Positions 47,158 to 58,327 of a DNA stretch of 64,000 nt are shown piece after piece. Origin of the DNA: Candidatus Zixiibacteriota bacterium (GTDB taxonomy: Bacteria > Zixibacteria > MSB-5A5 > GN15 > JAAZOE01). Within the stretch, counting starts at the first letter, position 1. Every line of letters begins with the position of its first letter. A model generated the notes under the pieces. The model saw only the letters and a program-made list of their open reading frames with translations. It was not told where the DNA came from and did not search any database. The translations under genes and the position numbers were made by a program. The DNA lies in NCBI GenBank assembly GCA_043819555.1, contig JBDREQ010000025.1, positions 128,001 through 192,000 of the forward strand. Direction: 5' to 3'.

Positions 47158-49536
47158 ATGAAAATACCATATAGCTGGCTCAAAGAAATTACCGGCGTGG
47201 ATTGGTCCGCTGAAGAAATGGAAGATCGTCTGACCCGTTCCGGAACGGCCGGGACTTTGGACAAGCATGATCCCCTGCATTTCAAAAATGTCATAACAGC
47301 CAGAATTACCAGTCTTGAAAAACATCCCGATGCCGACAAATTGCAAATCGCTGAAGTAACAACCGGCGAGACAACCTATACAGTTATTTGCGGTGCGCCC
47401 AACTGCGCCATTGGCCAGGTCGTTCCCTTGGCGCTGCCCGGCGCCAAACTTCGGGGACAATTTGAAGTCAAAGAAATAACAATGCGCGGGATTAAATCGT
47501 CCGGGATAATATGCGCTGAGGATGAACTGGGATTATCAAACGATCATACCGGTATTATGGTTTTCGAAACTGATACCGAAATAAATAAACCGGTATTCGA
47601 GCATCTGGGTCTTAATGATCCGGTTATTGATTTCGAGATAACACCTAATCGTCCGGATTGTCTTTCGGCCAATGGAATTGCCCGGGAAATTGCGGTTCTG
47701 GCCGATCTTGATTTAAATCTTAAAAAAGAACAGCCAGCGGAAATTTCCGATAAAGCCAAAGATTATATTGGCGTTGTCATTGACGATACTGATGCCTGCC
47801 CTCGCTATGCGGCCCGCATTGTAAAGAATATTAAAATCGGCCCATCTCCCGACTGGCTCAAGAAACGGTTGACCGATTGCAATATCAGGCCAATTAACAA
47901 TATCGTTGACATCACAAACTATGTTATGCTTGAAACCGGTCAGCCTCTGCATGCCTTTGATTATGATAAATTCGGATCAAAAAAAGTTGTCGTTCGACGC
48001 GCGCATGACAAAGAAAAATTTACAACTCTCGACAGGCAGGAACATGAACTCGATTCGGATATACTGCTTATTACCAATGGCAAAAAAGGGGTTGCGGCGG
48101 CAGGGGTGATGGGTGGACTCGATAGTGAAGTTGACCCGAATACGACAACAGTTCTTCTGGAATCGGCCTATTTTAATCCGTCCGTCATCAGGTGTTCTCG
48201 AAATAAACTGGGTATTATTTCCGAGTCATCCTATCGCTTTGAACGGGGGATCGATCCCGGCGGAACCGTCAAGGCCGCCGATCGAGCTGCGGCGTTAATG
48301 GCTGAGCTTGCCGGAGGAGAAGTTCTGCAAGGTGTGGTCGACAATTGTGCCCGGAAAATTGGCCCCATCAAAGTTGAAATGCGCCCTTCGCGAGCCAATA
48401 AATTAATCGGCGCTGAGATCCCGGTTGATTTTATGAAAGACAAGCTGACACGATTGGGAATGAAAGTAGAAGCGGGCGATAAGATTATTGCCGAGGTGCC
48501 GACTTTCCGACCCGATATTACGCGCGAAGTCGATTTAATTGAGGAAATTGCACGGATTTATGGTTTGGATAAAATCCCAGGCAATAATCAAAACTCTGGA
48601 CCGCTATTTTCGCCGACTCATCGCCGTGATACAATTCGCAATGATTTGAGAGAGATAATGACCGGGTTTGGGTTTGAAGAATCTATCGGGACAGGATTTG
48701 CTCAACCCCGGCGGATGAAATCGGTAGAGCCGTCGATTGAACCTATCAAAATAACCAATCCAATTTCGGAAGATTTTGGTTATTTGCGTTCGCGTCTTTT
48801 GTACTCTCTTCTGGTTTCAATTAGTAATAATATCAGGTATCGCAATATCAATCTAAAGCTTTTTGAAATCGGGAAAATATATATAAGGACAAAGGAAATG
48901 CCGGTCGAGCCCGAGTATTTTGGATTTATTATATCTGGACAGACCGACAATATCTACTGGCAAAAAATTCCGGGCGAGTCCGATTTATTCGAGTTAAAAG
49001 GTTTTATCAATGCTATTTGCGACCGTTTAAGAATTGGGCCGGTATCTCTCATGCCGGAAGCATTTGGCGGATACGATAAATCCTGTTCATATAGCGTTAT
49101 AAAAAACGACCATAAACTTGGAAATATTGGCCGGGTCGCGCCAAAAATAACTCATCTATTTGATATAAAGCAGGATTGTTTCGCGGCTGAATTTGAAATC
49201 TCAAAACTGATTATATTTGATCAGGGTAATATCCCCTTCAAAGAGTTGCCTCGGTATCCGGCTTCAATTCGTGATATTGCCATCATTGTTAAAAACCCAA
49301 TTCCCGCCAGGGATATATATAATCTAATTTTGGATTCTGGCGGTAAATTGGTTGAATCAGTCGAGCTTTTCGATTTATTTACGGGGAAGCCTGTGCTCGA
49401 AAATATGAAATCGCTGGCATTTTCCGTTAGTTTCCGCTCTCCCGACAAAACCCTGGAAGATGCTGAAGTTGACGAGGTGTATAATAAAATTGTTAATAAT
49501 CTGGAGCAGAAATTTGATGCCCGGCTGAGAGAATAG
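47158..49536 (+). CDS. pheT: Phenylalanyl-tRNA synthetase beta subunit
   Basis: MKIPYSWL (ATG 47158), HPDADKL, ITPNRPD, YRFERG, FDX-ACB tail. Confidence 0.96.
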   Translation: MKIPYSWLKEITGVDWSAEEMEDRLTRSGTAGTLDKHDPLHFKNVITARITSLEKHPDADKLQIAEVTTGETTYTVICGAPNCAIGQVVPLALPGAKLRGQFEVKEITMRGIKSSGIICAEDELGLSNDHTGIMVFETDTEINKPVFEHLGLNDPVIDFEITPNRPDCLSANGIAREIAVLADLDLNLKKEQPAEISDKAKDYIGVVIDDTDACPRYAARIVKNIKIGPSPDWLKKRLTDCNIRPINNIVDITNYVMLETGQPLHAFDYDKFGSKKVVVRRAHDKEKFTTLDRQEHELDSDILLITNGKKGVAAAGVMGGLDSEVDPNTTTVLLESAYFNPSVIRCSRNKLGIISESSYRFERGIDPGGTVKAADRAAALMAELAGGEVLQGVVDNCARKIGPIKVEMRPSRANKLIGAEIPVDFMKDKLTRLGMKVEAGDKIIAEVPTFRPDITREVDLIEEIARIYGLDKIPGNNQNSGPLFSPTHRRDTIRNDLREIMTGFGFEESIGTGFAQPRRMKSVEPSIEPIKITNPISEDFGYLRSRLLYSLLVSISNNIRYRNINLKLFEIGKIYIRTKEMPVEPEYFGFIISGQTDNIYWQKIPGESDLFELKGFINAICDRLRIGPVSLMPEAFGGYDKSCSYSVIKNDHKLGNIGRVAPKITHLFDIKQDCFAAEFEISKLIIFDQGNIPFKELPRYPASIRDIAIIVKNPIPARDIYNLILDSGGKLVESVELFDLFTGKPVLENMKSLAFSVSFRSPDKTLEDAEVDEVYNKIVNNLEQKFDARLRE

Positions 49537-49548
49537 GACGAGGTTGTT

Positions 49549-49851
49549 ATGGAATCATTTGCAAAGCTTGAAGAACGAATCAATAAGGCTATCGCTCACA
49601 TCGAAAAATTAATGAGCGAAAATGAAAAGAAAAACGCGCAAATCAAGGAACTTGAGAAAGCCAATTCAGAGCTGGAAAAATCAATTGATAAATTGAATGG
49701 AATTATTAAAAATCTCGAAAGTGACAGCAAGTCTTTGTCTGCGGCGAAGGTGGCAAGCGAAAAGCAATCGCAGGAGATTTCGGAAAAAGTTAAGGATAAA
49801 ATTGAGGGATTGCTGGCCAGAATTGAAAAATACGAGGAAAGTACGGGATAA
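49549..49851 (+). CDS. zapB: ZapB-like coiled-coil cell division protein
   Basis: FAKLEERINKAI N-terminus, coiled coil, IEGLLARIE; upstream of zapA. Confidence 0.65.
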   Translation: MESFAKLEERINKAIAHIEKLMSENEKKNAQIKELEKANSELEKSIDKLNGIIKNLESDSKSLSAAKVASEKQSQEISEKVKDKIEGLLARIEKYEESTG

Positions 49852-49944
49852 ATTGTACTTGACATAAAAGCGCAATTTGTGCGATATTGAATTACTGGAG
49901 AAGAGAAAGTCCAATTTTGGTATAAAAGCCGGTTTGTAATTGAT

Positions 49945-50244
49945 ATGGGAAAAATGGAATCTTCAAAGAACCGAATTCGTGTTAATATATATGGTGAAGA
50001 ATATACCGTTCGTTCCGACGGCGATATTGAATATATGAAAGAAGTGGCGCGTTTCGTAGATTCCCAAATGCGTTCTATCGCCGATAAAATGCCCAATAAA
50101 TCACCCTCTCGAGTAGCTATCCTGGCTGCTTTGAATATTACTGATGAGTTATTTAAACAGAGAGAAGGGCAGCGTGATTTTTCTGAATTTGAAAAACGAG
50201 CCGGCGATATTATTTCATTATTGGACGAAAAAATTCCTGAGTAA
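49945..50244 (+). CDS. zapA: Cell division protein ZapA
   Basis: VNIYGEEYTV, VARFVD..M, AILAALNITDEL. Confidence 0.92.
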   Translation: MGKMESSKNRIRVNIYGEEYTVRSDGDIEYMKEVARFVDSQMRSIADKMPNKSPSRVAILAALNITDELFKQREGQRDFSEFEKRAGDIISLLDEKIPE

Positions 50245-50339
50245 AATTTGTTGAAGTGTTTCTGGAATTAATACCCAACCAATTTTATCTTCTCTTTCTC
50301 CTCCTAAATTAAATTCTCCATCGAAGGAGGTATAGATAA

Positions 50340-51902
50340 ATGGAAACAACGATGTTTATTGTTCTCATAATTGTGGCCGCGGCTATTTCCGGCATCGCGA
50401 CCTGGTTTTTATCCCGTCGCATCGGTAGCAAAAAGCTGGCTAATGCTGAGGAATTTGCCCGGAAAATTGTGGCCGAGGCCGAAAAAGAAGCGGCGTTAAA
50501 GAAAAAAGAAGCAATTCTTGAAGCCAAAGATGAATGGTATAAGGCCAAAGCCAATTTTGAACGCGAAATACAAAATAAAAAAACTGAGTTCTCTAAAATA
50601 GAAAAAAGACTGGCAGATAAGGAAGCTGCTCTGGATAGAAAAATTGAATCTGCCAACAATCTGGAGAAAAAAAATCAGGACAAGGAACGCAATAACGCCA
50701 CCCGTGAAAAAGCGCTAACTATCAAGGAAAATGATCTGGAAAAACTTATCGCCGACCAAAACGTACAGCTTGAAAAAATATCGGGTATGTCGTCGGAAGA
50801 TGCCAAAAAGATTTTAATCGAGAATATGACTGGCCAGGCAAAAATAGAAGCGGCGGCTTTGGCGAAAGAGATAAAAGAAGCAGCCGAAAGGGATGCCGAA
50901 AAAGAAGCCAGAGAAATCGTAATTCAGGCCATTCAACGCTGTGCCGCCGATCACGCCGTTGAATCAACCGTATCGGTCGTGGTCTTGCCCAATGACGAAA
51001 TGAAAGGTCGGATTATCGGGCGTGAGGGAAGAAATATTCGCTCATTTGAGACAGCGACAGGGATAGATGTCATTGTTGATGATACTCCCGAAGCGGTTAT
51101 TTTATCCGGATACGATCCTATACGGAGAGAGATTGCCCGCATGGCTCTGGAAAAATTGATTGCCGACGGCCGGATTCATCCCACTCGCATTGAGGAAGTA
51201 GTCGTAAAGGCGGAAAAAGATATGGAAGTTATCATCCGTGAAGCCGGAGAACAGGCCGCGTTTGAAATCGGTATTCACGGACTTCATCTTGATATCATAA
51301 AACTCCTCGGCAAATTGAAATTCCGTTCCAGCTATGGCCAAAACATTCTTATGCATTCCGTTGAAGTAGCCATGCTGGCAGGGATAATGGCTTCCGAACT
51401 GGAGCTTGATCCTGTTATCGCCAAGCGGGCGGGACTTTTACATGATATCGGCAAAGCTGTTGACCGTGAAACGGAAGGAACCCATACTCAAATCGGTTCT
51501 AATATCCTGCGGAAGTATAATATTGATCCAGCCATAATAAATGCCGTAGAATCCCATCATGGTGATGTCCCTCAGGAAACGCCCTATGCCATTCTGGTAC
51601 AGTCGTCCGATGCTATTTCCGGCGCCAGACCCGGGGCTCGACGCGAGCCTCTGGAAAGTTATATCAAGCGGCTCGAAAAGCTTGAAGAGCTGGCCGATAG
51701 CTTCAAAGGGGTCTCCAAAGCATATGCTATTCAGGCTGGCCGGGAAGTTCGTGTTATCGTTGAATGCGATCAAATGGACGATCTGGCTTCCTCAATTCTG
51801 GCAACCGATATCGCTGCTCGAATTGAAACCGAAATGGAATACCCCGGCCAAATCAAGGTCACTGTTATTCGTGAAATGCGAAGCGTGGAGTATGCCAAAT
51901 AA
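50340..51902 (+). CDS. rny: Ribonuclease Y
   Basis: N-terminal TM and coiled coil, KH domain [14 protein letters not shown] domain LLHDIGK, RPGAR. Confidence 0.97.
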   Translation: METTMFIVLIIVAAAISGIATWFLSRRIGSKKLANAEEFARKIVAEAEKEAALKKKEAILEAKDEWYKAKANFEREIQNKKTEFSKIEKRLADKEAALDRKIESANNLEKKNQDKERNNATREKALTIKENDLEKLIADQNVQLEKISGMSSEDAKKILIENMTGQAKIEAAALAKEIKEAAERDAEKEAREIVIQAIQRCAADHAVESTVSVVVLPNDEMKGRIIGREGRNIRSFETATGIDVIVDDTPEAVILSGYDPIRREIARMALEKLIADGRIHPTRIEEVVVKAEKDMEVIIREAGEQAAFEIGIHGLHLDIIKLLGKLKFRSSYGQNILMHSVEVAMLAGIMASELELDPVIAKRAGLLHDIGKAVDRETEGTHTQIGSNILRKYNIDPAIINAVESHHGDVPQETPYAILVQSSDAISGARPGARREPLESYIKRLEKLEELADSFKGVSKAYAIQAGREVRVIVECDQMDDLASSILATDIAARIETEMEYPGQIKVTVIREMRSVEYAK

Positions 51903-52748
51903 ATGTCACTGTGCAAAGTAGTTTTCATAGCTGATGTCGTCGGCAAACCGGGGCGGAATATTTTATCTCATATGACCCGGCGGCTAAAATACAAATATCA
52001 GGCTGATTTTGTCATCGCCAATACTGAAAATGCCGCCGGCGGGTTTGGCATCACGCCCGAGATGGCACGCAAAGTATTCACTTACGGCGTCGATTGTCAA
52101 ACGTCAGGGAATCATATCTGGGATCGTCAGGGAATTAGTGATTATATCAGGGAGGAGCCTCGCCTAATCCGGCCGGCCAATTACCCCGACGCTCCGGGAA
52201 ACGGTTTGTACATTGGTCAGGCAGGCGATTTTCCGATTGCCGTCATATCTCTCATGGGCCGGACTTTTATGTATAATATCGATTGCCCTTTCAAAACCGC
52301 CGACCGCTTAATTAAAAGGCTGGATGAAAAGATTAAAATCATTATCGTTGATTTTCACGCCGAAGCCACATCGGAAAAACTGGCGGCTTTATTCTATCTT
52401 GACGGTCTGGTTTCGGCAGTTATTGGAACTCATACCCATGTTCAAACGGCTGACGAACAGATATCCGGCCGCGGCACGGCATATATCACCGACGTCGGAA
52501 TGACAGGACCTCATGATTCCATTTTGGGAATGAAAAAGAATCCGGCCCTGGCCCGATTCTTATCAGGTCGTCCGATTCGATTATCGGTGGCGGAAGATGA
52601 AGTCCGAATATCGGGAGTATATATCGAATTTGATATGGAAAATGATGCAAGGGCAATAAAGATCGAAAGATTCAACATGGAAACGGATTTAAATTTGCCA
52701 TTTCGCGATCCGGAGGAAGAGGATGTCGATGCAGAACAAGCTGATTAA
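51903..52748 (+). CDS. ymdB: YmdB-family metallophosphoesterase
   Basis: DVVGKPG, ENAAGGFG, TSGNH, DFHAEATSEK, GTHTHVQTAD; follows rny. Confidence 0.92.
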   Translation: MSLCKVVFIADVVGKPGRNILSHMTRRLKYKYQADFVIANTENAAGGFGITPEMARKVFTYGVDCQTSGNHIWDRQGISDYIREEPRLIRPANYPDAPGNGLYIGQAGDFPIAVISLMGRTFMYNIDCPFKTADRLIKRLDEKIKIIIVDFHAEATSEKLAALFYLDGLVSAVIGTHTHVQTADEQISGRGTAYITDVGMTGPHDSILGMKKNPALARFLSGRPIRLSVAEDEVRISGVYIEFDMENDARAIKIERFNMETDLNLPFRDPEEEDVDAEQAD

Positions 52749-53619
52749 CGGTAGGGAAATAGCAGGTAAAATTAAACAAGAACTTAAGGCTGATATTGAA
52801 GATTTAAAATCGCATGGAGTCATACCAGGGTTGGTGGCGGTTCTTGTCGGAGATGATCCCGCGTCTCATCTATATGTTAACAGTAAAGCCAAAACCGCTC
52901 GCAAATTGGGTCTTTACAGCGAAGTTATTAAACGTGACGCCAATATCTCTCGGGACGATTTGGTCAAGATAGTTAGTGAGCTTAATAATCGGGATGATAT
53001 TCATGGTATATTGGTGCAATCACCGCTGCCGGATCATATCAATGAAATGGATATCACGCTCACAATGGATCCTCTCAAAGATGTTGATGCTTTCCATCCC
53101 TTAAATATGGGCCACCTCCTGATAGGTGAACCCATTTTCCTCCCCTGTACTCCTTTTGGTGTCATCAAGATGATTGAAGATATCGGTGTCGATCCGAAAG
53201 GCAAAAAGGTGGTTGTGCTGGGTCGAAGTAATATCGTTGGGAAGCCCCTGGCTGCCATGCTAATGCAAAAATGGCAAGGATGCAATGCGACGGTCACTGT
53301 TTGCCATACCGGCACGGCCAATATTCCCGGCGAAACCATTCAAGCCGATATTATTATCGCCGCTATTGGAAAGGCCAATTTTGTTACCGCCGATATGATT
53401 AAAAAAGGCGCAATAATCATTGATGTTGGGCAAAACCAGGTCGAAGATAAAAATTCTCCAAAGGGCTATAAACTCTGTGGTGACGTTGACTTTGACGCGT
53501 GTTTGGAAAAGGCCGCAATGATAACGCCAGTGCCGGGCGGCGTAGGGCCGATGACAATTGCAATGCTAATGTATAATACAGTTAGGGCGGCCAGACTTAA
53601 GTTGTCCTATAGTAATTAA
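52723..53619 (+). CDS. folD: Methylenetetrahydrofolate dehydrogenase/cyclohydrolase
   Basis: VGDDPAS..YV, KDVDAFHP, PCTP, GRSNIVGKP, TPVPGGVGPMT. Confidence 0.97.
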   Translation: MSMQNKLINGREIAGKIKQELKADIEDLKSHGVIPGLVAVLVGDDPASHLYVNSKAKTARKLGLYSEVIKRDANISRDDLVKIVSELNNRDDIHGILVQSPLPDHINEMDITLTMDPLKDVDAFHPLNMGHLLIGEPIFLPCTPFGVIKMIEDIGVDPKGKKVVVLGRSNIVGKPLAAMLMQKWQGCNATVTVCHTGTANIPGETIQADIIIAAIGKANFVTADMIKKGAIIIDVGQNQVEDKNSPKGYKLCGDVDFDACLEKAAMITPVPGGVGPMTIAMLMYNTVRAARLKLSYSN

Positions 53620-53937
53620 TTGTCGGAATATTATAAAGCAATACATTAGATTATATGTTGAAGCAGTCTACTGATTTATCATACTTTTAGATTTGTATTT
53701 TGAGTTCTTTGGCTTGCATAGATATAATGGCCTTGTGATTCTCACTGCATTTAAAGCGCACTTGTTTGCAGCCATATTTTCATCCATGTTTTCGCCAGCT
53801 TATAAACAGATTTCACTTTTCCAAATGTGATTTTCCTCCCGGGCTAAGATGTTCGACTACAGGCGAATATAAGTTCGACAAATGCCTTTTATAATGAGGA
53901 CATCTAATTGTTGCGGGAGTATCAAAAGATAATTCTA

Positions 53938-53953
53938 AGGCATGGCTTTTGCT
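53938..53953 (+). promoter_or_regulatory. Sigma54 -24/-12 promoter candidate for the 1447-aa secreted protein
   Basis: AGGCATGGCTTTTGCT, exact GG-N10-GC spacing, 30 nt before the ATG. Confidence 0.7.
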
Positions 53954-53983
53954 TCATGGCTTTTGAATTAAATTTTTGGCCCT

Positions 53984-56900
53984 ATGAAAATGATAAAAAA
54001 AATATTTCTAATTTTCATATTCGTTCTTCCGATATCAGCCTTTGCGTCTGAAGGCGATTATTTTGATCTAAACCATTTCGATAGTCAATACCCTCCAGCG
54101 ATTGACTCCGGAGATTATACTCTCAGCACATGGGAAATTCCTCCGGAGCTGGAAAATATAACTGATTCTCTCTCAAATTACATTGCCGGTCAAATGAGCT
54201 CTCATCAGGTTGGCTTTATTCTTCCAAAGAAATTATTCCTGCCCTATTGCATCTTTAAGAAAAGAAGAATCGTCATAACTTTCCCGCAGGAATTTGATTT
54301 ATCGACAGTCTCGAAGGTATCCTATCGAGATGATGATACCACCGGATATAAGCCGGATATAACCGATATTTCAGTTTACTCATCGTCCGTTGTCATAGAA
54401 ATCGTAGAAGATAAATATGAACGGCATGAGCCCCTGCAGGTTTATTTTTCAATTGATTCCATTGCCAATCCGACTCGCAGCGGTGATTTTAGAGTAGTGG
54501 TTCGAGTGGATAATATCTTCAGGTGGACAATTGCCGGACCGAATTTCAGCGATTTCTTTACCATAATTCCTGATGTACCGGCCAGCCTCTCGATAACTCC
54601 TGCCGAAGACCTGGCGCTCATGGCTGGTGAGACAGTTACATTTGAATCAAATATTGTGGACCAATATGGCAATATGATTTACCCTAATTCAGCGGAATGG
54701 ATGCTTGATGAAAGTTTAGATCCCATTGGCAACTTATTTGGTTCGACCCTTCAGGCGACTACCGTCGGAACCGGTCGTGTTATCGCTACTGCCGGTGATT
54801 TGACTGCCTATTCGGGAGAGATTAATGTTTCACCGGGAGAAACGGCCCGGATTATTGTCGAGCATGAATCTGAAACGGTAAATGCCGGAGCTCCTCTAAT
54901 TAACGATATAGCGATTACTCTGACCGATAGTTTTGGAAATCGCGAATTTGATTATATCGGATCAGTCTGGTATGAAAGTGACGATACCGAAGCGGAGATT
55001 ATTTATGATGTTTCAAATCCTTATCAGTTTACTGCACAGGATCAGGGGCGAAGAGTCTTTTCTAGTAGCGGGTTTATTTTCAAGACGGCGGGGCAGAGGG
55101 TACTATTAGTCAAAGAAGAATCCGGATTATCCTCATCCATTGACAATATCTTTATTATATCGGAACCGGGCCAATTGGCCGATTTTGATGTATCGTTTTC
55201 ACAAAATACGAGGGCTGGTGATCCCCTGGCCGTCTCAATTTCAAATGCCGTCGATTCGGGTGGAAATCCATTCACCGGCGTTATAAATATTACCGGCGGG
55301 AACAATGCTCCTGACGGCAGCGAACCAATCCTCAATAGTATTTATGTAAATTATGGCTCTGGAAGTATTGATCTTCGTCTCTTTGCGGCCGGAATCAATC
55401 ATCTGGTATTATCTCACGAATCTATTGAGCGCGACTATGAAATAAATATCCTTCCGGCTCAAACAACCCGCATGGATTTGGTAGTTGAAGAAACTCAGTT
55501 TATTGGCAATAATCTTCTGGGCGGATTGACGGTTACTGTATTTGACCGATTTGAAAATCTTAAAACCGATTATAACGAAGTTGGCAGTGAACTCCATTTT
55601 GACTCAGAAACTGGCGAGTTTACTCCGGGAGCGATTCAACGTTCAAAATTCATTAATGGCGTCGCGGAAATTACAGAAATATCATTCGACGGCCAACCGG
55701 GACCGACTGTACTGATGGTAGAAATGGTAGTCAATGGCGAGCCGTTAATTGAATCTACTGAGTTCTATGCCAATGGGATAACAATTGAGAGGGGGAATTA
55801 TGCTCCTGCAGCATCAATTATACCGGAAAAGTGGAATACCCCAGTAAGGGCTTTTAGTAATAACTTTGGAAATGTAACTCCCATATATATTGAATATCGA
55901 GCGGGGATAGTTGATGAAACCGAGTTTAAAATTATTAGCAATACCCACCAAACTTGTCTACCTGAACCAGGCGAAATCGACATGTGTCGAATTTTTGACA
56001 ACATTTTTGCCAACATTAATCCCGGAAATTATGAATATTTAATCTCTGCAGAAGCACACTATCAATTAGATGATATGGTTTTTATTGTACAAACCGAATT
56101 TTCACACAATTTTGAAATAGTCCCCTTTACTCCCTTCGAGGTAATTTCAACAAATTTGCCAGATACGGCCTTTCAATATGAATACAATATGCCCGGCGAG
56201 CTTACTATTAAGAATGATAATACTTATGAACAAGCATATCAATTTGATGTAAACTTGAGGATTGTTAAAGATTCAAAATCCTATTCTTTGTCGCATGTTT
56301 TAATCAAAGATTTCAATTGGGATCCAGAAATTAGTTTAAGCCCAATGCTTCTGTTTAGAGAAACTTTCTTATTCGGAATATACGATTATGTGACGAATAT
56401 CAGTTCAACAATTCGCTATCAGGATAATTCTATTGTGAAATATGGTGGGGATATCAACATCGATAAAACCCTCTCCATCCTCCCGCGTGCAGATATTTTA
56501 GTCAATGATAATGCCATCACCCCTACTTCGGCAGTGGCCGGTTCGGCGGTTTCTTTTACTATACCTCTCAAGCTGATTGGTTCATCATCAATTAATCTAA
56601 ATGGCTCCGAAACTCAGTTGATTGTCACTGATGGCTCAATCAGCAGTTCCGTTCGGCTATTGGAAGATGAATATTTCATGCATCCGGGAGTGACCAACAT
56701 TGCCAGCGCGCCTCTCACAATTCCGGAAGAATGGATTGGAAAGACGCTAACCGCAAAATTACTACTAAACGGCATCGAAGCCGACATTATCCCGGTTTAC
56801 GACATAAAATCATTTGCGTTTCCCGTTACGATTGTCGGCAGTCAATATATGAGCATTGGTCATCTATCCATCAAATCTCCCAACGCACCATATGTCAACA

Positions 56901-58327
56901 TCAGCCAGGAATTCGGCATCGGCGGCTATGTTATCAATAATTCACCGGAAGACTTTGAAGAACCGTTGACAATCGGTTTATTTTCCGATGGTGCATCTAT
57001 TGTATTCGAGCCGGTGGATATTTTTTCCGTTCCTGCAAATGACTCAGTAGAGGTTTTATTCGGTATCATGGCCGCTGCCAATCCCAATCCGGCCGAACGA
57101 TTTTATATGGTTCCTCTATCCGGTCAGGATGTTTTGCAGCCGCGTCCGGATAATAATATTGTCACCGTCATTCAAACTCCGGCCGAAATAATATTTGATG
57201 CTGAATTTGTCGAGCGCTCCGGTTCTATCGCAATACTTGATTATGCCGAAGATTTTTCAATTATGGCGCAATATCGAAATAATGGTCAGGCCGAAATCGA
57301 GGGAGGGACTCTGATTCTGTATTATGCCGGTTCCGGTAATTTTGGCGTCAGTTTTCCGATAGAACTACCCCTTAACGAAGAACTCAGCTGGAATCTTACC
57401 TCACCGGCGATGGAACTTATATCAGAATTTGTAATCGAGTGGGGCGAGTTGCCGATTGATAAAAACACCGGTAAAGCGGTAAAAGATTTGAGTCAGCCAG
57501 TCGTATTGCCATTCATGGTCAAAGCCTCGATTACCAAGCTGGTTATCCAACCCGATTCATTCGATACTAAGCCACTTGTCAGAGATGCCACCGCAGTACT
57601 TTTCAAATTATCGATGGAAAATGTATCCAATGATATTCGCAATACGATTAAGATTAACACGATTACCATTACCGTCACCGACCGCGACGGGAAACAGATT
57701 AACGGAGAGTATTTGGTTACTGAATCCGGCTCGGCTTTTTATCTTGATGACCAGCCAATAACTTCCCTTGAGCTAGTCGATGGTAAATTAGCCTATAGTT
57801 TTACGAATCTAGTAGTTCCGCCCGGCGAAAAAGAAATTATCGAACTGCGTTTTACTCCCAAAGTTGACGCCTTTTTTGATTTCTTCAATATGCGCCTTGA
57901 GAGCGCTGATATTTTTGCCGAATTTGCATCCGGACCGAGGCTTGGCGAGAAGGTTACTGTGACCGGAATTTTGGATAGAGCCTTCGAGATAAATTTACCA
58001 CAAGCAATTATCGCGACTGAATTTGGCGAATCATTCAAAAACTATCCGAATCCGTTCAATCCCAACTTTGAAGAAACCGAGTTCATTTATAATCTCCCGA
58101 CTGATTCAGATGTCGATATTTATATCTATTCCGCTACCGGCGCACGGGTTCGTCATCTTCATTATGATGCCGGCAGCGTTGGAGGCCAATCGGATCAATT
58201 GGCGCGAGCCTATTGGGACGGCCGCAACGGCAATGGCGATGTCGTCCTCAACGGAATCTATTTCGCCTATATTGAAGTCGCCGAAGGCAACCTCACGTCC
58301 AAAGTAAAAATAGCGGTGGTGAAATGA
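53984..58327 (+). CDS. Large acidic secreted multi-Ig-like protein with T9SS-like C-terminal sorting domain
   Basis: Signal peptide (SAFA-S); recurrent DQYGN/DSFGN/DSGGN/DRFEN motifs; CTD NYPNPFNP...IYSATG...WDGRNGNG...NGIYF...KIAVVK. Confidence 0.8.
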   Translation: MKMIKKIFLIFIFVLPISAFASEGDYFDLNHFDSQYPPAIDSGDYTLSTWEIPPELENITDSLSNYIAGQMSSHQVGFILPKKLFLPYCIFKKRRIVITFPQEFDLSTVSKVSYRDDDTTGYKPDITDISVYSSSVVIEIVEDKYERHEPLQVYFSIDSIANPTRSGDFRVVVRVDNIFRWTIAGPNFSDFFTIIPDVPASLSITPAEDLALMAGETVTFESNIVDQYGNMIYPNSAEWMLDESLDPIGNLFGSTLQATTVGTGRVIATAGDLTAYSGEINVSPGETARIIVEHESETVNAGAPLINDIAITLTDSFGNREFDYIGSVWYESDDTEAEIIYDVSNPYQFTAQDQGRRVFSSSGFIFKTAGQRVLLVKEESGLSSSIDNIFIISEPGQLADFDVSFSQNTRAGDPLAVSISNAVDSGGNPFTGVINITGGNNAPDGSEPILNSIYVNYGSGSIDLRLFAAGINHLVLSHESIERDYEINILPAQTTRMDLVVEETQFIGNNLLGGLTVTVFDRFENLKTDYNEVGSELHFDSETGEFTPGAIQRSKFINGVAEITEISFDGQPGPTVLMVEMVVNGEPLIESTEFYANGITIERGNYAPAASIIPEKWNTPVRAFSNNFGNVTPIYIEYRAGIVDETEFKIISNTHQTCLPEPGEIDMCRIFDNIFANINPGNYEYLISAEAHYQLDDMVFIVQTEFSHNFEIVPFTPFEVISTNLPDTAFQYEYNMPGELTIKNDNTYEQAYQFDVNLRIVKDSKSYSLSHVLIKDFNWDPEISLSPMLLFRETFLFGIYDYVTNISSTIRYQDNSIVKYGGDINIDKTLSILPRADILVNDNAITPTSAVAGSAVSFTIPLKLIGSSSINLNGSETQLIVTDGSISSSVRLLEDEYFMHPGVTNIASAPLTIPEEWIGKTLTAKLLLNGIEADIIPVYDIKSFAFPVTIVGSQYMSIGHLSIKSPNAPYVNISQEFGIGGYVINNSPEDFEEPLTIGLFSDGASIVFEPVDIFSVPANDSVEVLFGIMAAANPNPAERFYMVPLSGQDVLQPRPDNNIVTVIQTPAEIIFDAEFVERSGSIAILDYAEDFSIMAQYRNNGQAEIEGGTLILYYAGSGNFGVSFPIELPLNEELSWNLTSPAMELISEFVIEWGELPIDKNTGKAVKDLSQPVVLPFMVKASITKLVIQPDSFDTKPLVRDATAVLFKLSMENVSNDIRNTIKINTITITVTDRDGKQINGEYLVTESGSAFYLDDQPITSLELVDGKLAYSFTNLVVPPGEKEIIELRFTPKVDAFFDFFNMRLESADIFAEFASGPRLGEKVTVTGILDRAFEINLPQAIIATEFGESFKNYPNPFNPNFEETEFIYNLPTDSDVDIYIYSATGARVRHLHYDAGSVGGQSDQLARAYWDGRNGNGDVVLNGIYFAYIEVAEGNLTSKVKIAVVK

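Noticed and set aside
50245..50339. 6S RNA after zapA
   Set aside because: The 95-nt gap is too short and lacks the long bulged hairpin.
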